From Haloferax volcanii DS2 (GTDB lineage Archaea > Halobacteriota > Halobacteria > Halobacteriales > Haloferacaceae), in the NCBI RefSeq assembly GCF_000025685.1, contig NC_013967.1:1380001-1412000 (forward strand): a stretch of DNA of 32,000 bases, given 5' to 3'. Both the position numbers and the translations under genes were made by a program. Below, piece after piece: positions 15,734-23,625 of this stretch; within the stretch, counting starts at the first letter, position 1, and every line of letters begins with the position of its first letter. The notes below the pieces were generated by a model. That model saw only the letters and a program-made list of their open reading frames with translations, was not told the DNA's origin and made no database searches.

Positions 15734-18700
15734 ATGAGTGACGAGCAAACAAAGTATTCGCCCTCCATAGCGGAGCTCGCTCGCGACTGGTATCACATAC
15801 CGGTCCTCTCGACTATTATTCTCGTCATGCTGTGGATACGCCTCCGCAGTTATGACGCATTCATTCGAGAGGGCACAGTGTTCTTCTCAGGAAACGACGC
15901 CTGGTATCATCTTCGCCAGGTGGAATACACCGTCCGGAACTGGCCCGCGACGATGCCGTTCGATCCGTGGACCGAATTCCCGTTCGGCCGGACCGCAGGT
16001 CAGTTCGGGACAATTTACGACCAACTCGTCGCGACCGCGGCGCTCGTCGTCGGTCTGGGAAGCCCGTCATCAGACCTCGTAGCCAAGTCGCTTTTGGTCG
16101 CGCCGGCCGTCTTCGGTGCGTTAACCGTTATCCCAACCTACCTTATTGGGAAGCGTCTCGGCGGCCGTCTCGGTGGGCTCTTCGGTGCGGTTATTCTGAT
16201 GCTTCTCCCAGGAACGTTCCTCCAACGTGGGCTCGTTGGGTTTGCAGATCACAATATCGTAGAACCGTTCTTCATGGGCTTTGCCGTCCTCGCGATCATG
16301 ATCGCCCTCACGGTTGCCGACAGAGAGAAACCCGTCTGGGAACTCGTTGCGGCACGCGACCTCGATGCGCTCCGTGAACCCCTGAAGTGGTCCGTTCTCG
16401 CCGGTGTCGCAACGGCCATCTACATGTGGTCGTGGCCACCGGGAATCCTTCTCGTCGGTATCTTTGGCCTCTTTTTGGTCCTGAAGATGGCTTCCGACTA
16501 CGTCCGCGGTCGGTCGCCTGAACACACGGCGTTCGTCGGTGCCATCTCGATGACGGTCACCGGCTTACTGATGTTCATCCCGATCGAGGAACCGGGATTC
16601 GGGGTGACCGACTTCGGCTTCTTGCAGCCGCTGTTCTCACTCGGCGTCGCCCTCGGTGCTGTGTTCCTCGCCGCACTCGCCCGGTGGTGGGAATCGAACG
16701 ACGTCGACGAGCGATACTATCCTGCGGTGGTTGGCGGAACCATGCTTGTCGGGATAGTGCTGTTTTCTCTTGTCCTTCCGAGTGTTTTCGATTCGATCGC
16801 ACGCAACTTCCTCCGTACGGTTGGGTTCAGCGCCGGCGCTGCGACCCGAACCATCAGTGAGGCCCAGCCGTTCCTCGCAGCAAACGTACTCCAGTCGAAC
16901 GGTCAGACTGCTGTCGGCCGTATCATGTCCGAGTACGGCTTCACCTTCTTCACAGGTGCTCTCGCGGCAGTGTGGCTCGTCGCGAAGCCGCTTGTCAAGG
17001 GTGGAAACTCGCGGAAGATCGGATACGCTGTCGGGAGTCTCGCCCTCATCGGAGTACTCTTCTTGATACCGGCGCTTCCAGCAGGAATCGGCAGTGCCCT
17101 GGGCGTCGAACCGTCGCTCGTTAGCCTCACCATCGTCACCGCACTCATCGTGGGCGCAGTGATGCAAGCCGACTACGAGAGCGAACGTCTGTTCGTCCTC
17201 GTGTGGGCAGCCATCATCACGTCGGCAGCGTTCACGCAGGTTCGTTTCAACTACTACCTCGCGGTGGTCGTCGCGGTGATGAACGCCTACCTCCTCCGAG
17301 AGGCCCTCGGAATCGACTTCGTCGGCCTCGCGAACGTCGAGCGCTTCGACGACATCTCGTATGGGCAGGTCGCAGCAGTCGTGATTGCCGTCCTCCTCAT
17401 CCTCACGCCCGTTCTCATCATCCCGATTCAACTCGGCAACGGCGGCGTGTCTCAGACCGCCATGCAAGCGTCCCAGACCGGTCCAGGAACGGTCACTCAG
17501 TGGGACGGGAGCCTCACCTGGATGCAGAACAACACACCTGCAGAAGGTGAGTTCGGCGGCGAATCGAACCGGATGGAGTACTACGGGACGTACGAGTACA
17601 CGGACGACTTCGACTATCCGGACGGTGCGTACGGCGTCATGTCTTGGTGGGACTACGGTCACTGGATTACCGTCCTCGGCGAGCGAATCCCGAACGCGAA
17701 CCCGTTCCAAGGAGGTGCCACCGAGGCAGCGAACTACCTCCTCGCCGAAGACGAACAGCAGGCTGAGTCGGTTCTCACCTCGATGGGTGACGACGGCGAA
17801 GGCGACCAGACCCGCTACGTCATGGTCGACTGGCAGATGGCTTCGACCGACGCGAAGTTCAGCGCGCCGACCGTCTTCTACGACGAGTCGAACATCTCCA
17901 GGTCGGACTTCTACAACCCGATGTTCCGCCTGCAAGAACAGGGCGAGCAAACGACTGTCGCGGCCGCGTCGAGCCTCAAGGACCAGCGGTACTACGAGAG
18001 CCTGATGGTCCGGCTCTACGCGTACCACGGCAGCGCCCGCGAGGCGTCGCCAATCGTCGTCGACTGGGAAGAACGTACGTCCGCCGACGGCTCGACCACG
18101 TTCAGAGTGACGCCCTCGGACGGGCAGGCGGTCAGGACGTTCGACAACATGAGCGCCGCGGAGGAGTACGTCGCGAACGACCCGACCTCCCAGATCGGCG
18201 GTATCGGCACGTTCCCCGAGGAGCGCGTGTCCGCCCTCGAACACTACCGCCTCGTGAAGTCCTCGAACAGCTCGGCGCTCCGCTCGGGGTCCTACCAGCG
18301 GTCGCTCATCAGCGAGGGCAACACCTACGGCCTCCAGCCGCAGGCGCTCGTCCCCAACAACCCCGCGTGGGTCAAGACGTTCGAGCGCGTCCCCGGCGCG
18401 ACGGTCGACGGGAGCGGTGCCCCGGCCAACACGACGGTGACCGCGCGCGTCCAGATGCGCGACCTGACGACTGGCACGAACTTCACCTACACGCAGCAGG
18501 CCCAGACCGACGCCGACGGTGAGTTCACGATGACGCTCCCGTACTCCACGACCGGCTACGACGAGTACGGCCCGGACAACGGCTACACGAACGTCAGCGT
18601 CCGCGCGGCGGGCGGCTACGCGTTCACCGGGCCGACCTCGGTCACCGGGAACAGCACCATCGTCAGCTACCAGGCGGAGAACGTCGCCGTCGACGAGGGC

Positions 18701-18898
18701 CTCGTCAACGGTGCCGAAGACGGTACCGTGCAGGTCACCCTCGAACGGAACGAACAGGAACTCGACCTGCCGGGCGACTCTTCGTCCGAGGATAGCTCGT
18801 CCGAGGACGGCACGTCCGACGGCTCGCAGACGAACGAGTCGGCGTCGACATCGACCTCGGCGTCGGTCGACGCCAGCGCGGTCTCGGCCGCCGCGTAA
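15734..18898 (+). CDS. aglB: archaeal oligosaccharyltransferase AglB (STT3 homolog), 1054 aa
   Basis: The catalytic WWDYG motif is encoded at 17645-17659, in frame. The N-terminal half is polytopic membrane and the C-terminal half is soluble. The track start at 15722 is a TTG; ATG 15734 (MSDEQTKYSP) is preferred. Confidence 0.95.
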   Translation: MSDEQTKYSPSIAELARDWYHIPVLSTIILVMLWIRLRSYDAFIREGTVFFSGNDAWYHLRQVEYTVRNWPATMPFDPWTEFPFGRTAGQFGTIYDQLVATAALVVGLGSPSSDLVAKSLLVAPAVFGALTVIPTYLIGKRLGGRLGGLFGAVILMLLPGTFLQRGLVGFADHNIVEPFFMGFAVLAIMIALTVADREKPVWELVAARDLDALREPLKWSVLAGVATAIYMWSWPPGILLVGIFGLFLVLKMASDYVRGRSPEHTAFVGAISMTVTGLLMFIPIEEPGFGVTDFGFLQPLFSLGVALGAVFLAALARWWESNDVDERYYPAVVGGTMLVGIVLFSLVLPSVFDSIARNFLRTVGFSAGAATRTISEAQPFLAANVLQSNGQTAVGRIMSEYGFTFFTGALAAVWLVAKPLVKGGNSRKIGYAVGSLALIGVLFLIPALPAGIGSALGVEPSLVSLTIVTALIVGAVMQADYESERLFVLVWAAIITSAAFTQVRFNYYLAVVVAVMNAYLLREALGIDFVGLANVERFDDISYGQVAAVVIAVLLILTPVLIIPIQLGNGGVSQTAMQASQTGPGTVTQWDGSLTWMQNNTPAEGEFGGESNRMEYYGTYEYTDDFDYPDGAYGVMSWWDYGHWITVLGERIPNANPFQGGATEAANYLLAEDEQQAESVLTSMGDDGEGDQTRYVMVDWQMASTDAKFSAPTVFYDESNISRSDFYNPMFRLQEQGEQTTVAAASSLKDQRYYESLMVRLYAYHGSAREASPIVVDWEERTSADGSTTFRVTPSDGQAVRTFDNMSAAEEYVANDPTSQIGGIGTFPEERVSALEHYRLVKSSNSSALRSGSYQRSLISEGNTYGLQPQALVPNNPAWVKTFERVPGATVDGSGAPANTTVTARVQMRDLTTGTNFTYTQQAQTDADGEFTMTLPYSTTGYDEYGPDNGYTNVSVRAAGGYAFTGPTSVTGNSTIVSYQAENVAVDEGLVNGAEDGTVQVTLERNEQELDLPGDSSSEDSSSEDGTSDGSQTNESASTSTSASVDASAVSAAA

Positions 18899-18987
18899 CA
18901 CGAGCCGAGACGGCGACGACTCTCGCGGTCGCAGTTTCATTTTCCACACGCAGTTCAGAACAACCGCCGACGGTCGAAAAGCGAGTG

Positions 18988-19006
18988 CCGAGCGAAAGCC
19001 GCTCGG
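18988..19006. terminator. 7-bp stem hairpin (CCGAGCG-AAAGC-CGCTCGG) in the convergent aglB/aglM intergenic region
   Basis: The inverted repeat is seen directly. A T-rich run (TTTCATTTT, 18935-18944) lies just downstream of the aglB stop. A terminator role is inferred only. Confidence 0.25.
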
Positions 19007-19055
19007 AAGCAGTCCTCGGCTTCGGTTCCGGTCCGGCTCCGACTCCGGTTCCGGC

Positions 19056-20348
19056 TCAGACGAGCGACTCGTAGTCGAGACCCTCGCGGCGGGTGACGAT
19101 GCGGCGGCCGTCGATGACGATGCGCTCGCGCATGGCGTCGAACTCGTCGTCGAGCGCCGCGAACTCGTCCCAGTCGGTTGCGACGAGCGCCGCGTCGGCG
19201 TTTGCGAGCGCGTCGGCGGCGGAGTCGGCGTAGTCGATGTCGGGGAACCGCTCCCGCATGTTCTCGGTGGCGACGGGGTCGTAGCCGACGACGTCGGCCC
19301 CTGCGTCGAGGAGCGCCTGAATGAGTAAAATCGCGCGGGATTTCCGGATGTCGTCGGTGCCGGGCTTGAACGCGAGTCCGAGCACGGCGACGCGCTTGCC
19401 GTCGAGGTCGAATCGCTCGCGGAGGAGGTCGAGCATACGCTCCGGTTGGCCGTCGTTGACGTCGACGGCGGCCTGCAACAGACGCGGTTCGTAGCCTTGA
19501 GCGCGGGCGGCGGCGATGATGGCGGCCGTGTCCTTCGGGAAACACGACCCGCCCCAGCCGAGACCCGCACCGAGGAACGCCGACCCGATACGGGAGTCGA
19601 GGCCGATGCTCTCCAACACTTCCGCGGAGTCGACGCCGAACACCTTGCAGATGTTCGCGAGGTCGTTGGCGAGGCTAATCTTCGACGCGAGGAAGGCGTT
19701 GTTGGCGTACTTTATCATCTCGGCTTCGCTGATGCCGGTCTTGACGACGGGTGGGTTCCCGGCGCGTTCGACGAGCGGGGCGAAAATCTCGGCTAGCGTC
19801 TCGTACGCCCGGTCGGTCTGCGCGCCGAGGACGATTTTGTCCGGCGAAAGGAAGTCGTCGACGGCGGTGCCTTCGCGGAGGAACTCGGGGTTCATCGCGA
19901 TATCGAGCCCGTCGCCGACGCGTTTCCCCGAGGCCTCTTCGATTCGCGGCCCGATGACGTCGACCGTCGTCCGCGGAACGACCGTGCTCTTGGTGACGAC
20001 GAGGTGCGAATCGTCCTTCCGGGCCAGCGTCTCACCGAGCGAGGTCGCCGCGGTTTTCATCGCGCCGAGGTCGATGCTGCCGTCGTCGGTCGACGGGGTC
20101 GGCAGGGCGAGGAACGTCGCGTCCGTGTCGAGAATCTCGTCGTAGTCGGTCGTCGCTCGGAGTCGGTCTCCCGCGTACCGTTCGACGAGCTCGGCCAGTC
20201 CGGGCTCGTGAATCGGGGCCTGCCCATCGTTGAGTGAGGCGACGATGTCTTCGTCGATGTCCACGTTGACGACGTCGTGTCCGAGTTCAGCGAAGCACGC
20301 CGCGATAGTCGTGCCGACGTACCCACTCCCGATGATACTGAGTTCCAT
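19056..20348 (-). CDS. aglM: UDP-glucose 6-dehydrogenase, AglM
   Basis: Track ORF trimmed to ATG 20348 (MELSIIGSGYVGTT, a Rossmann GxGxxG). Contains the catalytic-Cys motif GWGGSCFPKD. 430 aa. Confidence 0.9.
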   Translation of the reverse strand: MELSIIGSGYVGTTIAACFAELGHDVVNVDIDEDIVASLNDGQAPIHEPGLAELVERYAGDRLRATTDYDEILDTDATFLALPTPSTDDGSIDLGAMKTAATSLGETLARKDDSHLVVTKSTVVPRTTVDVIGPRIEEASGKRVGDGLDIAMNPEFLREGTAVDDFLSPDKIVLGAQTDRAYETLAEIFAPLVERAGNPPVVKTGISEAEMIKYANNAFLASKISLANDLANICKVFGVDSAEVLESIGLDSRIGSAFLGAGLGWGGSCFPKDTAAIIAAARAQGYEPRLLQAAVDVNDGQPERMLDLLRERFDLDGKRVAVLGLAFKPGTDDIRKSRAILLIQALLDAGADVVGYDPVATENMRERFPDIDYADSAADALANADAALVATDWDEFAALDDEFDAMRERIVIDGRRIVTRREGLDYESLV

Positions 20349-20469
20349 TGGTAGAGTTGTGAATGCCAGGTGGTTTGATTCTTTCCGAGTCCCGTAGTTC
20401 ACTGAGGAAACAGCCGGAATCACGTAGCGGTGGACTGATATCCTCCCCGAGAGAGGGTCCGACAACGAA

Positions 20470-21438
20470 ATGTCGAGGAACTCAGACGGGGACGCTCCCC
20501 GGCTCTCGTGGCTTCTCATCTACCTGAAGGGCGTCTGCATGGGTGCCGCCGACGCCGTGCCGGGCGTCTCGGGCGGCACAATCGCGCTTATCACGGGTAT
20601 CTACGAGCGACTCATCAGCGCGGTGACGGCCATCACACCCGGCCGAATCAAGCGCGCCCTCGGCGTCGTCGTTCCCGGACGCCGGGCCGACGCGGTCGCG
20701 GCGATGCGCGAAGTCGACGTCGGCTTCCTGCTCGCCCTCGGCGCGGGTATCGCCACCGCAATCGTGACCGTGATGCGCGTGCTCCACATCGCGCTCAACG
20801 ACGCGCCGGTGCCCACCTACGGCTTTTTCTTCGGGCTCATCGCCGCGTCGGCGGTCGTGCTGTACGCCCAAGTCTCGCTCGACGGCCCGCGTCAAATCGC
20901 GGTGGCCGTCGCCGGGTTCGGCCTCGCGTTCGTCGCCTCGGGCGGGAGCGGCGGCGCGTTCGGACACTCGCTGCCCGCGATTGCGGTCGCCGGCGGCATC
21001 GCCGTCAGCGCGATGATTCTCCCCGGCGTCTCCGGGTCGCTCATCCTGTTGATTCTCGGGCAGTACGAGTACATGAACGCGGCGCTCAACGCGTTCATCG
21101 ACAGCCTCCTCGACGTCGCCGGCGGCGCACCGCTGTCGGTCGTCGTCGAACCGGGGACGGTCGTCGTCACGTTCATGGTCGGAGCCGTCGTCGGCCTGTT
21201 CAGCATCGCGCACGTCGTCCGCTGGGCGCTCGAACACTACCGCCGGGCGACGCTGGCGTTCCTCGTGAGCCTCATCGTCGGCGCGCTCCGCGCGCCCGTG
21301 GTGGAGAGCACCGCCGCGCTCGTCGACGCGGGACGGTCGTGGACGACGGAGCTCTACGCCGCGTTCGCCGTGGCCGCGGTCGTCGGCGCGGCGGTCGTCC
21401 TACTCGTCGACCGGTACACGGACGTCATCGAGTCGTGA
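20470..21438 (+). CDS. DUF368-family polytopic membrane protein (322 aa)
   Basis: ATG start. Two copies of the family-typical motif: AVPGVSGGTIALITG near the N-terminus and ILPGVSGSLILLILG mid-protein. Hydrophobic throughout. The DUF368 assignment is from memory of the PGVSGG signature. Confidence 0.75.
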   Translation: MSRNSDGDAPRLSWLLIYLKGVCMGAADAVPGVSGGTIALITGIYERLISAVTAITPGRIKRALGVVVPGRRADAVAAMREVDVGFLLALGAGIATAIVTVMRVLHIALNDAPVPTYGFFFGLIAASAVVLYAQVSLDGPRQIAVAVAGFGLAFVASGGSGGAFGHSLPAIAVAGGIAVSAMILPGVSGSLILLILGQYEYMNAALNAFIDSLLDVAGGAPLSVVVEPGTVVVTFMVGAVVGLFSIAHVVRWALEHYRRATLAFLVSLIVGALRAPVVESTAALVDAGRSWTTELYAAFAVAAVVGAAVVLLVDRYTDVIES

Positions 21439-21544
21439 GCGCGCATCGGAGCGGCGCGTCGAAGCGGGGTGCTCCGACGCCCCGTGAGAAGGAAGTCGGT
21501 CAGTCGTCCGAATCGATGACGTGCGGAATCGCGCGACTCGCGCC

Positions 21545-21700
21545 TCACTCGCGGGCGACGGCGATGTTTCGAACCGACCCGCCGCAGTCGGGACACTCCG
21601 ACAGGTGGCTCGCGCTGACGGTCCGAGTCCGACAGGAACGACACTCGTAATACCCCTCGGTCGGGTGATAGTCGTCGATGACTGAGTTATGTAACACCAT
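21545..21700 (-). CDS. small zinc-ribbon protein, 51 aa (CxxC ... CPxCG)
   Basis: Hand translation gives MVLHNSVIDDYHPTEGYYECRSCRTRTVSASHLSECPDCGGSVRNIAVARE*. It is below the 60-aa track cutoff. An AT-rich region lies upstream. It resembles the haloarchaeal small rubrerythrin-like/CPxCG zinc-finger proteins. Confidence 0.6.
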   Translation of the reverse strand: MVLHNSVIDDYHPTEGYYECRSCRTRTVSASHLSECPDCGGSVRNIAVARE

Positions 21701-21867
21701 GATATACTATACCATGGATTTCGTGGTAAGCGTTGTCCTGATATTCACCAAATTACTCTAGTACATTAATATTCTACGCCGGCATGGACACTCGAACGAG
21801 AAGCGAATCAACTTCGGCACGGCTCACTGTTCAATTCTAACGGGGTCACTTCACGGGTTCGTTCGCG

Positions 21868-22422
21868 TCAGCGCCGGGCGACGCAGACGAACGTCTCGCG
21901 TCGGGTCTCGCCGTGGGTGACGGTGAAGCCGGCCGCTTCGAGCGCGGAGACGGCGTCGCCGAGGCCGAATCGCTCGTCTCGCGGCGGGCCGTCTTCGCCC
22001 GAGCCGGATGTGGACCAGTCGACCACGACCACGGTGCCGCCGGGACGGACGACGCGAGCGAGTTCGGCGAGCGCCTCGTCGGTGGCGAACTCGTGGTAGG
22101 TCATCGTCGAGAAGGCGGCGTCGAGGTGGTCGTCGTCGAACGGGAGCGACGCCACGTCGGCCGTGACGAACTCGACGTTGTCGGGCGCGCCCTTCTCGCG
22201 GTAGTAGTCGTGCATGACCGCCTGCACGTCGACTGCGTAGAGCGTGCCGACGTGCGGGGCGACCTCGTCGGTGAAAAAACCGGTGCCGCTTCCGAGGTCG
22301 GCGACGACGCGTTCGGGCGCGACGCCGAGGTGCGAGAGCAGTTCCTCCCGCGAGACGAACCGGAATCTCGCGGGGTCGTCCAGTTTCGCCGCCCTGTCGG
22401 CGTCGAAGGTGTGAAAGCCCAT
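21868..22422 (-). CDS. class I SAM-dependent methyltransferase, 184 aa
   Basis: Track ORF trimmed to ATG 22422 (MGFHTFDADRAAKL...). Motif I VADLGSGTGFFT. The upstream 64 codons are Arg/Ser/Thr-rich junk. Confidence 0.75.
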   Translation of the reverse strand: MGFHTFDADRAAKLDDPARFRFVSREELLSHLGVAPERVVADLGSGTGFFTDEVAPHVGTLYAVDVQAVMHDYYREKGAPDNVEFVTADVASLPFDDDHLDAAFSTMTYHEFATDEALAELARVVRPGGTVVVVDWSTSGSGEDGPPRDERFGLGDAVSALEAAGFTVTHGETRRETFVCVARR

Positions 22423-22618
22423 GCGATTCACTCCGCGTCCCGAGCCGTAAGTCCCATCGGTTCCTCCCCGAGTCGTGTTTGTCTCGTGCATAGCCGCCGG
22501 TGAGTCAGTCCGCCACCGGGTCGAAGCGGGTCGGCGCGAGTCGGCGCGAGTCCGAGCGACCGCCCGCGAAACTGCCGACGGCGATGGGCTTTTTTGCCCG
22601 GCAGTCGGTCTCACAGGT

Positions 22619-22807
22619 ATGGAACCCCAACTTCGACGGCCGACGCGACGCGCCTGCGAGCGCTGCGGTCGGGTGGAACGCTGGGACGACGACGCCGCGA
22701 CGTGGCTCGTCGCCGAGACGGACGGCGAGAAACGGGTCGGAAGCCCCTACTGCATCCACGAGTGGGACATCAACGGCCGCTTCGCTCCCTTCGAGGAACC
22801 GGCCTGA
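22619..22807 (+). CDS. small Cys/His-motif protein, 62 aa (HEWD-type)
   Basis: Internal ATG of the track ORF 22475..22807: MEPQLRRPTRRACERCGRVERWDDD...SPYCIHEWDINGRF. Contains CxxC plus CxH. Confidence 0.55.
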   Translation: MEPQLRRPTRRACERCGRVERWDDDAATWLVAETDGEKRVGSPYCIHEWDINGRFAPFEEPA

Positions 22808-22836
22808 GACGCCGACGAGCGGCGCGCGGTCGGCGG

Positions 22837-23517
22837 TTACGCCGCGTCTTCTTCCCGGAGCGAGTCGAGCACCGACAGCGTGCCGTCCATGTACGACCGG
22901 TCGAGCACCGTGTCGGCGGCCTCCTTGGCTACGTCGTCCGCGTTGGCGACTGCGTACGACCGCCCGGCGACCCGGAACGTCGAGGCGTCGTTGACGCTGT
23001 CGCCGACGGCGACGAAGTCCTCGGGGTCGTAGTCCATCGTCTCGCAGACGCGTTCGAGGCCGACGCCCTTCTCGACTCCCGGCGTCTTGATGTGGTAGGC
23101 GAAGCCGGTGTCGATGACTTCGACGTCGAACTCGTCTGCGACTGCCCGGAGGAGCGCCTCGTCGGCGTTGAGACGGGCGATGATTTCGGTCTCGCGCCAG
23201 CGGTTCGCGGTGTCCGCGGCGTCCCAGCCGAGGTCGCCGCCGCGGGCGACGAACTCGTCGGCGGCGGCCTGCGCGGCCTCGCGGTCGCCGGTGAACGTCA
23301 CCTCGCCGTCTGCGAGGACGACCCCGCCGTTCTCCGCGATGACGGTCTGTGGGAGGCCGAGATAGTGACACAGCGAGACCGGGTACGGAAACGCCTTGCC
23401 GGTGGCGAGGATGACGGGCGCGTCCCACGCCGGGAGCACCTCGAACGCGCGGGGGTCGAGATGTCCGTCCGCGTCGGTGAGCGTCCCGTCGATGTCGAGT
23501 ACGAGCGGCGGAACCAT
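22837..23517 (-). CDS. HAD-superfamily phosphatase (archaeal phosphoglycolate phosphatase/Cof-like), 226 aa
   Basis: ATG start. HAD motif I LVLDIDGTLTD and motif IV GDSVNDAS. Confidence 0.8.
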   Translation of the reverse strand: MVPPLVLDIDGTLTDADGHLDPRAFEVLPAWDAPVILATGKAFPYPVSLCHYLGLPQTVIAENGGVVLADGEVTFTGDREAAQAAADEFVARGGDLGWDAADTANRWRETEIIARLNADEALLRAVADEFDVEVIDTGFAYHIKTPGVEKGVGLERVCETMDYDPEDFVAVGDSVNDASTFRVAGRSYAVANADDVAKEAADTVLDRSYMDGTLSVLDSLREEDAA

Positions 23518-23625
23518 ACCCGGAGTTGGGCGACGGGGGAAAAAGGTTCAGCGGTCGGGGAGAACCGCGCCGCGGCCTGCGCTCTCGACGCCGACGACGA
23601 GCTCGTGGCGGCGAGCGCCTACGCC

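Noticed and set aside
16637-19570. 977-aa minus-strand ORF antisense to aglB that runs on through the intergenic region into aglM
   Set aside because: The translation is Arg/Gly/Pro/Val-rich low-complexity sequence, typical of stop-poor alternative frames in about 65-70% GC DNA. It overlaps two strongly supported genes (WWDYG OST, UDP-Glc dehydrogenase).
20508-21650. 380-aa plus-strand ORF and 251-aa minus-strand ORF overlapping the DUF368 gene
   Set aside because: Out-of-frame Arg/Pro-rich artefacts. The 20470 frame gives a coherent membrane protein.
21714-21761. Tiny hydrophobic ORF (MDFVVSVVLIFTKLL) in the AT-rich region upstream of the zinc-ribbon gene
   Set aside because: At 15 codons with no supporting signal, it cannot be distinguished from chance.
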